A stretch of 64,000 nucleotides of DNA, taken from an uncultured Gammaproteobacteria bacterium. Lineage in GTDB: Bacteria; Patescibacteriota; Patescibacteriia; UBA11705. Position 1 is the first letter of the stretch. Each line of letters opens with the position of its first letter. Shown piece by piece: positions 44,796 to 53,378 of the stretch. The DNA lies in NCBI GenBank assembly GCA_964413735.1, contig CAYPSS010000003.1, positions 106,626 through 170,625 of the forward strand, given 5' to 3'. Made by a program: the position numbers and the translations under genes. The notes under the pieces were generated by a model. It saw only the letters and a program-made list of their open reading frames with translations. It searched no databases and was not told where the DNA came from.

Positions 44796-45396
44796 ATATT
44801 TCGCGTCGGCCTTTTAAAGCACTGGCTAAAGTCACTTCATCGGCATATTCAATGTCTGATCCCATTGGTAAGCCTCGCGCCAGACGAGTGATTTTTAGAT
44901 TGTATTTGCTTAATAATTTTCTCAGAAAAATAATGGTGGCTTCACCTTGCATATCAGGATTAAAAGCTAAAATGATTTCCTTAATTCCATTGGTTTCAAT
45001 CCGTTCAAGTAATTTCTTGATATTTAATTGATCTTCGGTGATTCCTTCAATCGGATTAATCACACCACCCAAAACATGATATAAACCATGGTATTCTCTA
45101 GTTTCTTCAATAACATTTAGGTCGTGTATTTGTTCCACGACACATAAAATTTGGTGGTCACGATTTTGATTGGAGCAAATCGGACATAGATTTTCTTTTT
45201 CCGATAAATTGCCACATTCGTAACATTGATGCAAATTGTTTTGTAAATCAAGTAGTGCTTGACGTAACTGTTCAATGTCGCTTTTTGGTTTTTTCATTAA
45301 AAAAAACACAAATCGTTCGGCGGTTTTACGACCGATTCCCGGAAGTTTGGAAAATTCATTGATTAAATTTTGAATGGCACGAGGGAAAGATGACAT
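44794..45396 (-). CDS. recR: Recombination mediator RecR
   Basis: LPGIGRKTAER HhH, C4 zinc finger, Toprim, ARGLPMGSDIEYAD. Confidence 0.97.
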   Translation of the reverse strand: MSSFPRAIQNLINEFSKLPGIGRKTAERFVFFLMKKPKSDIEQLRQALLDLQNNLHQCYECGNLSEKENLCPICSNQNRDHQILCVVEQIHDLNVIEETREYHGLYHVLGGVINPIEGITEDQLNIKKLLERIETNGIKEIILAFNPDMQGEATIIFLRKLLSKYNLKITRLARGLPMGSDIEYADEVTLASALKGRREI

Positions 45397-45400
45397 AAAG

Positions 45401-45694
45401 TTACATGCCGGGGAAATTTAAACCAAAGCCACCTTGTTGCATTTTCAGCGCCATGGTTTTTTGAATTTTTTTAATGGCATCATTGAACGCTTCCTTGACC
45501 GCGTCCTGAGTTTTTTCTTTATTGTTAAGTAATTCTTGGTCAATATCAATGGACAGTACTTCCTGATTACCGTTCATTATTACCTTGACTTTTCCCCAGG
45601 CGCCGGTTCCTTCAGCCGTTTCTTGCGCTAACATGCTTTGCATTTGTTTGGCTTGGTCACGTAATTGTTTGAAGTTTTTCAGTTTGTTAAACAT
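45401..45694 (-). CDS. ybaB: Nucleoid-associated protein YbaB/EbfC (probable start 45694)
   Basis: QAKQMQ...GKVKVIMNGNQEVLSIDID; adjacent to recR. Confidence 0.9.
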   Translation of the reverse strand: MFNKLKNFKQLRDQAKQMQSMLAQETAEGTGAWGKVKVIMNGNQEVLSIDIDQELLNNKEKTQDAVKEAFNDAIKKIQKTMALKMQQGGFGLNFPGM

Positions 45695-45707
45695 AATTTT
45701 TTGTTTA

Positions 45708-47102
45708 TTAATATTCGGAAAAAGAGGGAAGATTACCACCATGATTTTTGTCCAAGGTTTTGAAACTGGCTTGGGCGGAATCAAAGAAAAAGCGAATAAT
45801 GCCGGTGGGACCATTACGATGCTTGGCAATGTGTAATTCGGCAATTGATTTTTCTTCGGGGGTTAAATCTTCTATATTGTAATTACGATCGGCGGATTTT
45901 CGATAAATAAACAGCACAATGTCCGCGTCTTGTTCAATTGAGCCTGATTCGCGCAAATGAGCTAATTTCGGGATAGCCGGTTTACTCATTTCCACGGCGC
46001 GCGATAACTGTGATAAGGCTAGAACCGGGACATCGAGCTCACGAGCGATTTGTTTGAGTGACCGGGTTATTTCCGCCACTGCCTGTACTCGATTTTCCGC
46101 GCCGGTACGAGCTTCCATTAATTGTAAATAATCAATGACAATTAAGCCAAGTCCATGTTCCATTTTTAATCGTCTGGCTTTGGTGCGAACATCAATCACA
46201 TTGATAGCAGCGGAATCATCAATAAATATCGGAGCTTCTGATAAGATGCCCATGGCATGGCCCAAACGAGGGAAATCATCGGAGTCTTCACGTGTCGAAA
46301 GTTTACCGGTTCGAATTTTCCATAAATCAATGTTGCTTTCGGCGCATAGCATACGATCAACCAATTGTTCCTTTGACATTTCCAAGCTGAAATAGCCGAC
46401 CGGAATTTTTGATTTCACGGCTACTTGACGAGCAATATCAAGGGCGAGAGATGTTTTACCAACCGAGGGGCGGGCGGCTAAAATAATTAAGTCTGATTTT
46501 TGTAATCCGGCTAAATGAGTATCCAGATCAGGATAACCGGTTGGTACGCCACGCATTTGCCCGGCATTTTTATGTAAATCATCTATTCGATCAAAAGCAT
46601 CATTCAAAACATTTTTAATGGGAATAAAAGACTTTTTTTGGTTTTTTTGTGAAACGGAAAAAAGTTCTTGTTCAGCATCATCAATGATTTTGTCTACTTC
46701 ATCATCTTCTTTGTAGCCAAGTTCATTGATTTTATTAGCGGCATTAAGTAGACGACGCAGAGTGGCTTTTTTGGTAATAATTTTCGCGTAATTGGTGGCA
46801 TTACTGGACGTGACAACCGTATTGGTTAATGCCACTAAATAAGTTTTTCCACCCACTTGGTCCAATAGTTTTCGCTCTTCTAATAAATTGGCCAAAGTTA
46901 AAATATCAATCGGTTCATGAGCAGAGTATAGGTCCAGCATGGCGGAATAAATTTTGTTGTGATTATCCTTGTAAAAATCGTCAGCCGTAATTATGTCAGC
47001 AATCCGATAAAATGCTTCGTTATCAATTAAAATAGAGCCGAGTAATGATTGTTCGGCTTCTACATTTTGGGGTGGAATCTTGTTTAAGAGATTGTCTGAC
47101 AT
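45708..47102 (-). CDS. dnaB: Replicative DNA helicase
   Basis: PPQNVEAEQ, AARPSVGKT, IDYLQL, LRESGSIEQDAD, AKHRNGP. Confidence 0.98.
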   Translation of the reverse strand: MSDNLLNKIPPQNVEAEQSLLGSILIDNEAFYRIADIITADDFYKDNHNKIYSAMLDLYSAHEPIDILTLANLLEERKLLDQVGGKTYLVALTNTVVTSSNATNYAKIITKKATLRRLLNAANKINELGYKEDDEVDKIIDDAEQELFSVSQKNQKKSFIPIKNVLNDAFDRIDDLHKNAGQMRGVPTGYPDLDTHLAGLQKSDLIILAARPSVGKTSLALDIARQVAVKSKIPVGYFSLEMSKEQLVDRMLCAESNIDLWKIRTGKLSTREDSDDFPRLGHAMGILSEAPIFIDDSAAINVIDVRTKARRLKMEHGLGLIVIDYLQLMEARTGAENRVQAVAEITRSLKQIARELDVPVLALSQLSRAVEMSKPAIPKLAHLRESGSIEQDADIVLFIYRKSADRNYNIEDLTPEEKSIAELHIAKHRNGPTGIIRFFFDSAQASFKTLDKNHGGNLPSFSEY

Positions 47103-47186
47103 AATATTTCATAGATATTTTATCGTGAATTGAATATCGGGGCAAGTTAATAAAATGTGAATAGAAAAAACGTAAGAACCTTACTA

Positions 47187-47215
47187 TTGACAAAATATTG
47201 TTAATATGTTATAAT
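47187..47215 (+). promoter_or_regulatory. Consensus sigma70 promoter
   Basis: TTGACA(47187)-17 bp-TATAAT(47210) with TG extension. Confidence 0.85.
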
Positions 47216-47597
47216 GTTCGCGCAGTATCCACATGGAAGTGGAATGTGTGTGTTTTCCTCGAACGTCGCTGGAGGGAGGCCGTGATCAGAGGTCCGCCGT
47301 AACCAAGCAATTGGTTACAGCCCAAAAGCAGTCTGGGCTTGATAATGCGACTGTTAGTTTTCGAGGCGCGGGGTCAGTTGGCCGAATTGGCGCCGGATTT
47401 AACTCGAGAACGACTGTTTATAACAATTTGGCAAGGAGGAAGGGTGACAACGTTGCTGGAACCGTGCTAAAAAGAAGGGTTAGCGACGGACCTGAGCCAA
47501 GTCGTCGTCGTAAATCAGGCCGCATTCGGGGGAGGAACGGTGAGAACGTGGCTGATGACGTATTAATTTGAACCAATGTCTGAGACATTGGTTTTTT
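47216..47597 (+). other. GC-rich transcription unit: structured ncRNA candidate or 112-aa basic ORF (47233-47571)
   Basis: Bounded by promoter and terminator; about 50% GC; several hairpins and long-range complementarity; ORF lacks an upstream SD. Confidence 0.5.
47571..47597 (+). terminator. Intrinsic terminator
   Basis: aaccaatgtc-tga-gacattggtt plus T tract. Confidence 0.8.
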
Positions 47598-47624
47598 CGT
47601 TTTAAAATTATTATTTTCAATAAC

Positions 47625-48488
47625 TTAATTTTTGTTTTGTTGGTGATATAAGTCAATGGTGTTTTTCAATAAAAAAGCTATGGTCATTGGGCCAACGCCT
47701 CCCGGAACCGGTGAAATAAAAGAAGTTTTGAGCATGACATTATCAAAATCAACATCACCAACGGTTTTGTCGCCCAGTTTATTGATTCCAATATCAATTA
47801 CCACTGCGCCTTGTTTAACAAATTCATTGGTCACATATTGTGGTCGTCCGATAGCCACAATTAAAATATCTGCGTCGTGACATTTATTTTGAGCGTTTAG
47901 ATCATCGGGGTGAACATATTCAACAATATTTTTTTGTCCATATAAATAATTAAATGGTATGGCGATTAAATCATGGTTGGCCAGCACGACAATTTTTTTG
48001 TTTTCCAGGTTAATTTTGGTTTCTTGAATCATGGCATCAACGCCCAGGGTCAAAGGAGATAAAATACTTGGCTTTCCTATTTTGATTTTGGCTAAGTTTT
48101 CCGGATGAAAGCCATCAACATCTTTGTTGGGAGCAATGGCATTGATAATTTTAGATTCATCTAATTTTTCCGGTAAAGGCAATTGGACTAAAATGGCGTT
48201 GATTTCCGGGTCTTGATTTAGATATTGAATCACTTCGATAATTTGTTCATCCGAATAATTATCATGGAATTCATACAAATGAAAATCAATTCGCACTTTA
48301 TCGCAAGCCTTTTTTTTCAGGTTAACATAAAGTTTGGACGATGGATTGTCACCAACTAAAATTACGGCTACGCCGGGGGCGATTTTTTCTTGGAAAATTT
48401 GCGCGCAAGTTTGAGTATTGATGATTTCCGCCAGCAATGCCCCGTTAATTATTTGAGCGCCCAGTTTATCTTTGGGAATTTTCAGCAT
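47625..48488 (-). CDS. folD: Bifunctional methylenetetrahydrofolate dehydrogenase/cyclohydrolase
   Basis: LVQLPLP, KDVDGFHP, IDIGIN, PVPGGVGPMT. Confidence 0.95.
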   Translation of the reverse strand: MLKIPKDKLGAQIINGALLAEIINTQTCAQIFQEKIAPGVAVILVGDNPSSKLYVNLKKKACDKVRIDFHLYEFHDNYSDEQIIEVIQYLNQDPEINAILVQLPLPEKLDESKIINAIAPNKDVDGFHPENLAKIKIGKPSILSPLTLGVDAMIQETKINLENKKIVVLANHDLIAIPFNYLYGQKNIVEYVHPDDLNAQNKCHDADILIVAIGRPQYVTNEFVKQGAVVIDIGINKLGDKTVGDVDFDNVMLKTSFISPVPGGVGPMTIAFLLKNTIDLYHQQNKN

Positions 48489-48489
48489 A

Positions 48490-49731
48490 TTAATTGAGCT
48501 CCGGATAAAGAGGAAATTTATTTGTTAGTTCAATTACTTGATTTTTGATTTGCGATAATTTTTCCGTATTTTCATAATTGGTAATTACTTGATCAATCAA
48601 TTCAGCGATTTGGTGCATTTCATTTTCCTTCATGCCTCGAGTGGTTAGGGCTGGTGTCCCCAATCTGATTCCTGAGGGATCCATAGGCCCGCGCGGATCG
48701 TCGGGGATAGCGTTTTTATTCACCGTAATTCCGGCTAGATCCAAAGCTTCTTGGGCTTGTTTGCCGGTAATGTTTTTATTGGTTAAATCAAGTAAGAGTA
48801 AATGATTGTCCGTCCCGCCAAAGCAAATGATGTAGTTTTTTTGTTTAAATTCATGTTCTAAAGTTTTGGCATTTTTTATAATTTGCTCACAATATTGTTG
48901 AAATTCCGGTTGTAGGGCCTCTTTGAAAGCAATAGCTTTGGCCGCAATATTATTTTCGTGTGGACCACCTTGCAAACCGGGGAAAACCGCTTTGTCAATT
49001 TTCTTGGCTATAGCAGATTTACACATAATCATGGCGCCACGCGGACCACGTAAAGTTTTGTGGGTCGTGGTGGTGACCACATCAAATATTGGGACCGGAT
49101 TTTCAAGTTGTTTGCCGGCAATTAACCCAGCAATATGGGCAATGTCGGCCATGGTATAGGCGCTCACTTCATCAGCAACAGCTTTAAATTTTTGATAATC
49201 CAAATGTCGGGAGTAAGCGGAAAAACCGGCTAAAATTAATTTTGGTCGATGTTCTAAAGCCATATTTCGTAAATTATCAAAATCAATTGAGCCATCGGCC
49301 GTTGTTTTGTATCTGACAAAATTAAAAACTTTTGACATGTGGGTTACCGGATGACCATGGGTTAAATGACCACCATGACCAAGGTCCATTCCAAGAATGG
49401 TGTCACCTGGTTCTAGTAGCGCAAAATAAACCGCAATATTGGCCGGGGCGCCGGATAATGGTTGGACATTAACATGTTCAGCCCCAAATAATTGCTTGGC
49501 ACGATCAATTGCCAGTTGCTCAATTTTATCAATGTTTTCATTACCACCATAATAACGATTGCCCGGATAACCTTCCGAATATTTATTGGTAAGAACACTG
49601 CCAAGCGCTTCCAGCACAGCCATGGAAACAAAATTTTCCGAAGGGATCATTTCCAATCCTTGGCGTTGTCGTTGAATTTCCAAATCAATATATTGTTTAA
49701 CCTCGGGATCAAATTGAGCGATATTTTTCAT
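48490..49731 (-). CDS. glyA: Serine hydroxymethyltransferase
   Basis: NKYSEGYPG.RYYGG, TTTTHKTLRGPRG, SGIRLGTPA. Confidence 0.98.
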   Translation of the reverse strand: MKNIAQFDPEVKQYIDLEIQRQRQGLEMIPSENFVSMAVLEALGSVLTNKYSEGYPGNRYYGGNENIDKIEQLAIDRAKQLFGAEHVNVQPLSGAPANIAVYFALLEPGDTILGMDLGHGGHLTHGHPVTHMSKVFNFVRYKTTADGSIDFDNLRNMALEHRPKLILAGFSAYSRHLDYQKFKAVADEVSAYTMADIAHIAGLIAGKQLENPVPIFDVVTTTTHKTLRGPRGAMIMCKSAIAKKIDKAVFPGLQGGPHENNIAAKAIAFKEALQPEFQQYCEQIIKNAKTLEHEFKQKNYIICFGGTDNHLLLLDLTNKNITGKQAQEALDLAGITVNKNAIPDDPRGPMDPSGIRLGTPALTTRGMKENEMHQIAELIDQVITNYENTEKLSQIKNQVIELTNKFPLYPELN

Positions 49732-49811
49732 AAAATTTTATCATCAAATAATTAGATTTAGAATGCCTTTATTATAGCAAAAAAAAGTAATAATTCAATA
49801 TAACAATGTTG

Positions 49812-49878
49812 TTGACAAAAGATATGGGTTGTGATAAGTCTAAGATACTGTTCTTTGACTCTCCCACAAGGAGGATCT
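49812..49878 (+). promoter_or_regulatory. Promoter and leader (boxA-like motif, anti-SD, SD) of cassette 6
   Basis: TTGACA(49812)-17 bp ending TGA-TAAGTC; tgttctttgact-ctcc-cacaa-ggagg-atct-ATG. Confidence 0.75.
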
Positions 49879-50577
49879 ATGATTTCGGATAAACAAGGTG
49901 AGAAATGGGTAAGAGATGTTTTGAAGAGAATGTCTATTGTTCGTCAAGATATTCATGATCAAGAAAAAACTTTAATCAGCAAAGTTGATGAAGCAAAAAT
50001 CAAATTTGAGAAAGCTTACCTTGCATTAGCAACGTTTATGGATAATATGACGGAAGAGCGTTGTTTGCAAGATGGTCAAAATATGACTGAGTTTATCGAT
50101 TTGTCTCAGGAAGCAACTTCGGCCGGTCAAGAATATGTGCAGGTAGTGGAAGAACTCGGTAAATCTTCCGGTCAGGTTGTGAAAGTAACTGAGGCAATGG
50201 AACATTTGGAAGGGGTGCGTGATTTTCTGGCTCAAGGTTTTCCTGAATATATGGCTGGAGTGCCGAAAACTGAAGAATTTGATTTTTCCAAATTTCGATT
50301 GATTGATTTTGTGATTTGTGCGGTAAAGGAAGGAAGTGATTGGCATACTCATTTTTATCTGCATGATATTTTGCCTGTTTTGCAAAGCTGGGGCATTCAT
50401 ACTTGGACAATTCATAAAGTTAGGGGAGTTTTGCGCCGTGAATGCAATCGACAATCTGATGCTTTTTGTTATTATGTATTGGACAGAGGAGAAGCTTGGG
50501 GATTAACTGAACATGGACGAAAACAATATAAGGTTAACTTGCAAGAATTGCATAGTCATTTGAAAAGCCAGGTTTAA
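49879..50577 (+). CDS. Orphan coiled-coil plus putative winged-helix protein, paralog A (probable start 49879)
   Basis: AAGGAGG SD; C-terminal RLIDFVICAV...LQSWG..WT...AWGLTEHGRK. Confidence 0.7.
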   Translation: MISDKQGEKWVRDVLKRMSIVRQDIHDQEKTLISKVDEAKIKFEKAYLALATFMDNMTEERCLQDGQNMTEFIDLSQEATSAGQEYVQVVEELGKSSGQVVKVTEAMEHLEGVRDFLAQGFPEYMAGVPKTEEFDFSKFRLIDFVICAVKEGSDWHTHFYLHDILPVLQSWGIHTWTIHKVRGVLRRECNRQSDAFCYYVLDRGEAWGLTEHGRKQYKVNLQELHSHLKSQV

Positions 50578-50581
50578 TTGT

Positions 50582-50608
50582 AAGTGATCAAAATGATCAC
50601 TTTTTTTT
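50582..50608 (+). terminator. Intrinsic terminator of cassette 6
   Basis: aagtgatca-aaa-tgatcactt plus T tract. Confidence 0.8.
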
Positions 50609-50622
50609 ATATTTAAAAATAG

Positions 50623-50687
50623 TTGACAAAAGATATTGTTTATGATAATTATAAGGGGATGTTCCTTAACTCCCACCAGGAGAGAGT
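50623..50687 (+). promoter_or_regulatory. Promoter and leader of cassette 7
   Basis: TTGACA(50623)-17 bp ending TGA-TAATTA; tgttccttaa-ctcc-cacca-ggag-agagt-ATG. Confidence 0.75.
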
Positions 50688-51392
50688 ATGACAGAAGTTA
50701 TTTCCAATCAGCAAGGTAAGCAATGGTTAACGCAATTGCTCAAACGACTGGAATTGCGACGTGAACAATTGGATCGGAAAATCCAAGAATTGGTTAAGCA
50801 GTTGGAAGTTGCCGAAGAACATTATGAAAAAGACATTGCTGCTTTTTCGATTTTGAGTAATTCCCGTATGCGGATTGCCTCAGGTGAATTGAATCTGGAT
50901 GTAGTGCAAAATTGTATTACAGTTTCCGAGAACATTGTGAAAAACGGCCAGGCTTGTTTATCCATGCGTGAATCATATCGCACATTGATGAATGATTTCC
51001 AGCAGGTTGATGCGCAAATGGCCATGGCTCGGCAGTTGATGGAACAAGAATTTGATGCTCTGCCGGAGTTGCCACCAGAAGATAGTGCGCCAAAGAAGCA
51101 TCGATTGATTGATGAAGTATTGTGCGCTTTGGTGGCATTTCCTAAAAGTAAAGTTTCTATTGGTGGTGATCTATCTCAAATTCTTAAGGTTTTGCATAGT
51201 TGGGGGTTGACTCATTGGACACCGGAAAAGCTGGCCAAGGCCTTGGACAATCAGTTTAATCGAAAAACTGAAAAACTTCTTTATAAGGTTTATCGTGAAA
51301 ATAGAAATTATTGGAGTTTATCTGTACAAGGGATTCAATATTATCAAAGGAACTTGTGTGAGCTTCACCAGAAACTGCTTAATCAGCAATAA
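50688..51392 (+). CDS. Orphan coiled-coil plus putative winged-helix protein, paralog B
   Basis: ISNQQGKQWL versus ISDKQGEKWV; RLIDEVLCAL...LHSWGLTHWT...YWSLSVQG. Confidence 0.7.
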   Translation: MTEVISNQQGKQWLTQLLKRLELRREQLDRKIQELVKQLEVAEEHYEKDIAAFSILSNSRMRIASGELNLDVVQNCITVSENIVKNGQACLSMRESYRTLMNDFQQVDAQMAMARQLMEQEFDALPELPPEDSAPKKHRLIDEVLCALVAFPKSKVSIGGDLSQILKVLHSWGLTHWTPEKLAKALDNQFNRKTEKLLYKVYRENRNYWSLSVQGIQYYQRNLCELHQKLLNQQ

Positions 51393-51399
51393 TTAATAC

Positions 51400-51428
51400 A
51401 AAACAGTGACCAACGGCCACTGTTTTTT
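51400..51428. terminator. Bidirectional terminator ending cassette 7
   Basis: aaaacagtgacc-aac-ggccactgtttt. Confidence 0.75.
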
Positions 51429-51442
51429 GATATCATTAGACT

Positions 51443-53323
51443 TTATTCAAAATAAAAGAATTTTTCATTACTGTAGATACCGCATTCATCACCATGATTC
51501 AGACAAACGCGGAAATAATAAGTTTGTCCGGGTGTTAAATCTGTCCACAAATAAGAAGTATCAGTTTCTGTAGTTAGCAATCGAAATTCAGCGGTCGGGA
51601 AGGTTGGCTTGGGATCAGTGGACATTAATAATTTATAGCCTTTGGGTGCGGTGGTATTGGCAATCGACCAATTAAGATTAATAGCCTCGCCATTAATTTG
51701 TCCGTTCAAAGTAATTATGCCGGTTTGTTGTTCTTCCGTGGGAATGGTAATTGATAAATTATTACTGTAAAGCAAACATTCGTTATTTTGATAGGCACAA
51801 ACTCGGAAATGATAAGTCCCGGGATCTAATTCTTTCCACAAATGATTAAATTGATTTTTGGCCACCGTGTGGGCTGAGCTTTGCGGGAAGGTGGGATTGG
51901 GCGATTCGTTGATTACTATTTTGAATTCATTTATTTCATTATTGGTATATTGCCAATCAAGATTGACTTCACCGGCCACAACTTTACCGGTTAATACCAT
52001 TTTGTCGTCTTTGGGGTTGCCGATAATAATGGATTTTTCTTCACTGGTATATAGACATTTGCTTTCTCCTAAAATACAAACTTTTATATAATATTTTTTG
52101 TTATTTTCCACTTCAATGGAGGTGGCGGTATCGGTGGTCAGAGCATCAACCGATGAGGTGCCGGTCAGAGAAGTAAGTGGTGTGGTGGCATAATAAATTC
52201 GGAAGCCTTTGACATTTTCCATTTCGGTATTACTTTTCCAAGTAACGGAAATTTTATTTTCCTGTGAAGTGAGATTTACATCAAGGGGTGATTGAGCTTG
52301 ATCAAATTTCACATAAATGATTTGCTTGTTTAATTTGCTACCCAGTTTAACGGTAATTTCAATTTGATTATCGCCGGTAGTGAGTAAATAAGGATATTCA
52401 AATTGTCCGGCGTTGTTTTTTACTTCCTTTCCGCTAATATATATTTCCGCTTGGGGATCAGTTGTGCCTTTGATGATTAAATTTTCCAAATTAGTGGTAA
52501 AATCGTTTTTTTGCGGTTCTAAAATTTTCAGTTCAACATTGGCCTCATATAATCCCATGATCAAACCAGCGGTTTCGTCTTGTTCTTTGTTCCAAACCAA
52601 CCACGAATTTGCCAGAAAATCCGTAATTTGTTTTTTTTCTGAGGTGATCATTTCAGTTGTGGGTTTACTCAAATCAATTGTGGCGATTTCACTTTGTTCA
52701 ATGGTGCGCATATTGATAATGTTGTCACTTCCGGGGGCGTCAAAAATTTTAACTTTAATTCGGCTTTCAATTACCGCCAAAGAAATTTGGTTATTTTGTA
52801 TGCCGGTATTAAATCCGGTTCCCAGGGCGGTGAATTCCACTTGGTTGATTTTGACACGATAAATAGCCGGACTGGAGTCATTGATGCGATGATAAATATT
52901 GCCTGATTTTTGTTCAATAATTATTTCACCGGGAGAAAATTTTTCAAAGTAGACTTCGGTGTTTTGATCCATACGCAGTAAGCTGTTATCCGGTAATTGG
53001 ACTATTGCCTTGCTATCCTTTTCGGTTTTAATGGTATCACCGGTAGTGATTTTTTGATTGGATTCCAGTAATGCCCATTCATCTTTTTTTATCCATAATG
53101 AACCTTTGACAAAAGTAATGGTGCCGGCCTCAAAAGTATTTTTTTGTTCCAGGTCTTGTAATGATTCGGTTGGTTTTTCCGGGGCGGTGACAATTGCCCA
53201 AATCACAAAGCCGATTAAACCGATCAAGATGGCTGACAAAAACAAAAAACCCGATGATTTGTAGAATGGTTGTTTGTAAAAATTTTTGTTTTGTCGGGAA
53301 TTAAATGACGAGTATACTTGCAT
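51443..53323 (-). CDS. Membrane-anchored FecR-domain protein with Ig/FN3-like repeats
   Basis: GDTIKT..SKAIVQLPDNSLLRMDQNTEV, ALGTGF; repeated W..L.PG.TY.FRVC. Confidence 0.75.
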   Translation of the reverse strand: MQVYSSFNSRQNKNFYKQPFYKSSGFLFLSAILIGLIGFVIWAIVTAPEKPTESLQDLEQKNTFEAGTITFVKGSLWIKKDEWALLESNQKITTGDTIKTEKDSKAIVQLPDNSLLRMDQNTEVYFEKFSPGEIIIEQKSGNIYHRINDSSPAIYRVKINQVEFTALGTGFNTGIQNNQISLAVIESRIKVKIFDAPGSDNIINMRTIEQSEIATIDLSKPTTEMITSEKKQITDFLANSWLVWNKEQDETAGLIMGLYEANVELKILEPQKNDFTTNLENLIIKGTTDPQAEIYISGKEVKNNAGQFEYPYLLTTGDNQIEITVKLGSKLNKQIIYVKFDQAQSPLDVNLTSQENKISVTWKSNTEMENVKGFRIYYATTPLTSLTGTSSVDALTTDTATSIEVENNKKYYIKVCILGESKCLYTSEEKSIIIGNPKDDKMVLTGKVVAGEVNLDWQYTNNEINEFKIVINESPNPTFPQSSAHTVAKNQFNHLWKELDPGTYHFRVCAYQNNECLLYSNNLSITIPTEEQQTGIITLNGQINGEAINLNWSIANTTAPKGYKLLMSTDPKPTFPTAEFRLLTTETDTSYLWTDLTPGQTYYFRVCLNHGDECGIYSNEKFFYFE

Positions 53324-53378
53324 AAAATTTTATTTTCAAGCTATTTTATTTTAGAATAATAAAAAAATAAGCGCAAAC

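Noticed and set aside
47216-47570. RNase P RNA, tmRNA, SRP RNA or group I/II intron
   Set aside because: No GAGGAAAGUC or tRNA-like ends, no SRP GGAA-GCAGC domain, no ordered P/Q/R/S or domain V motifs. The resemblance of 47462-47530 to an SRP Alu domain lacks loop-loop complementarity.
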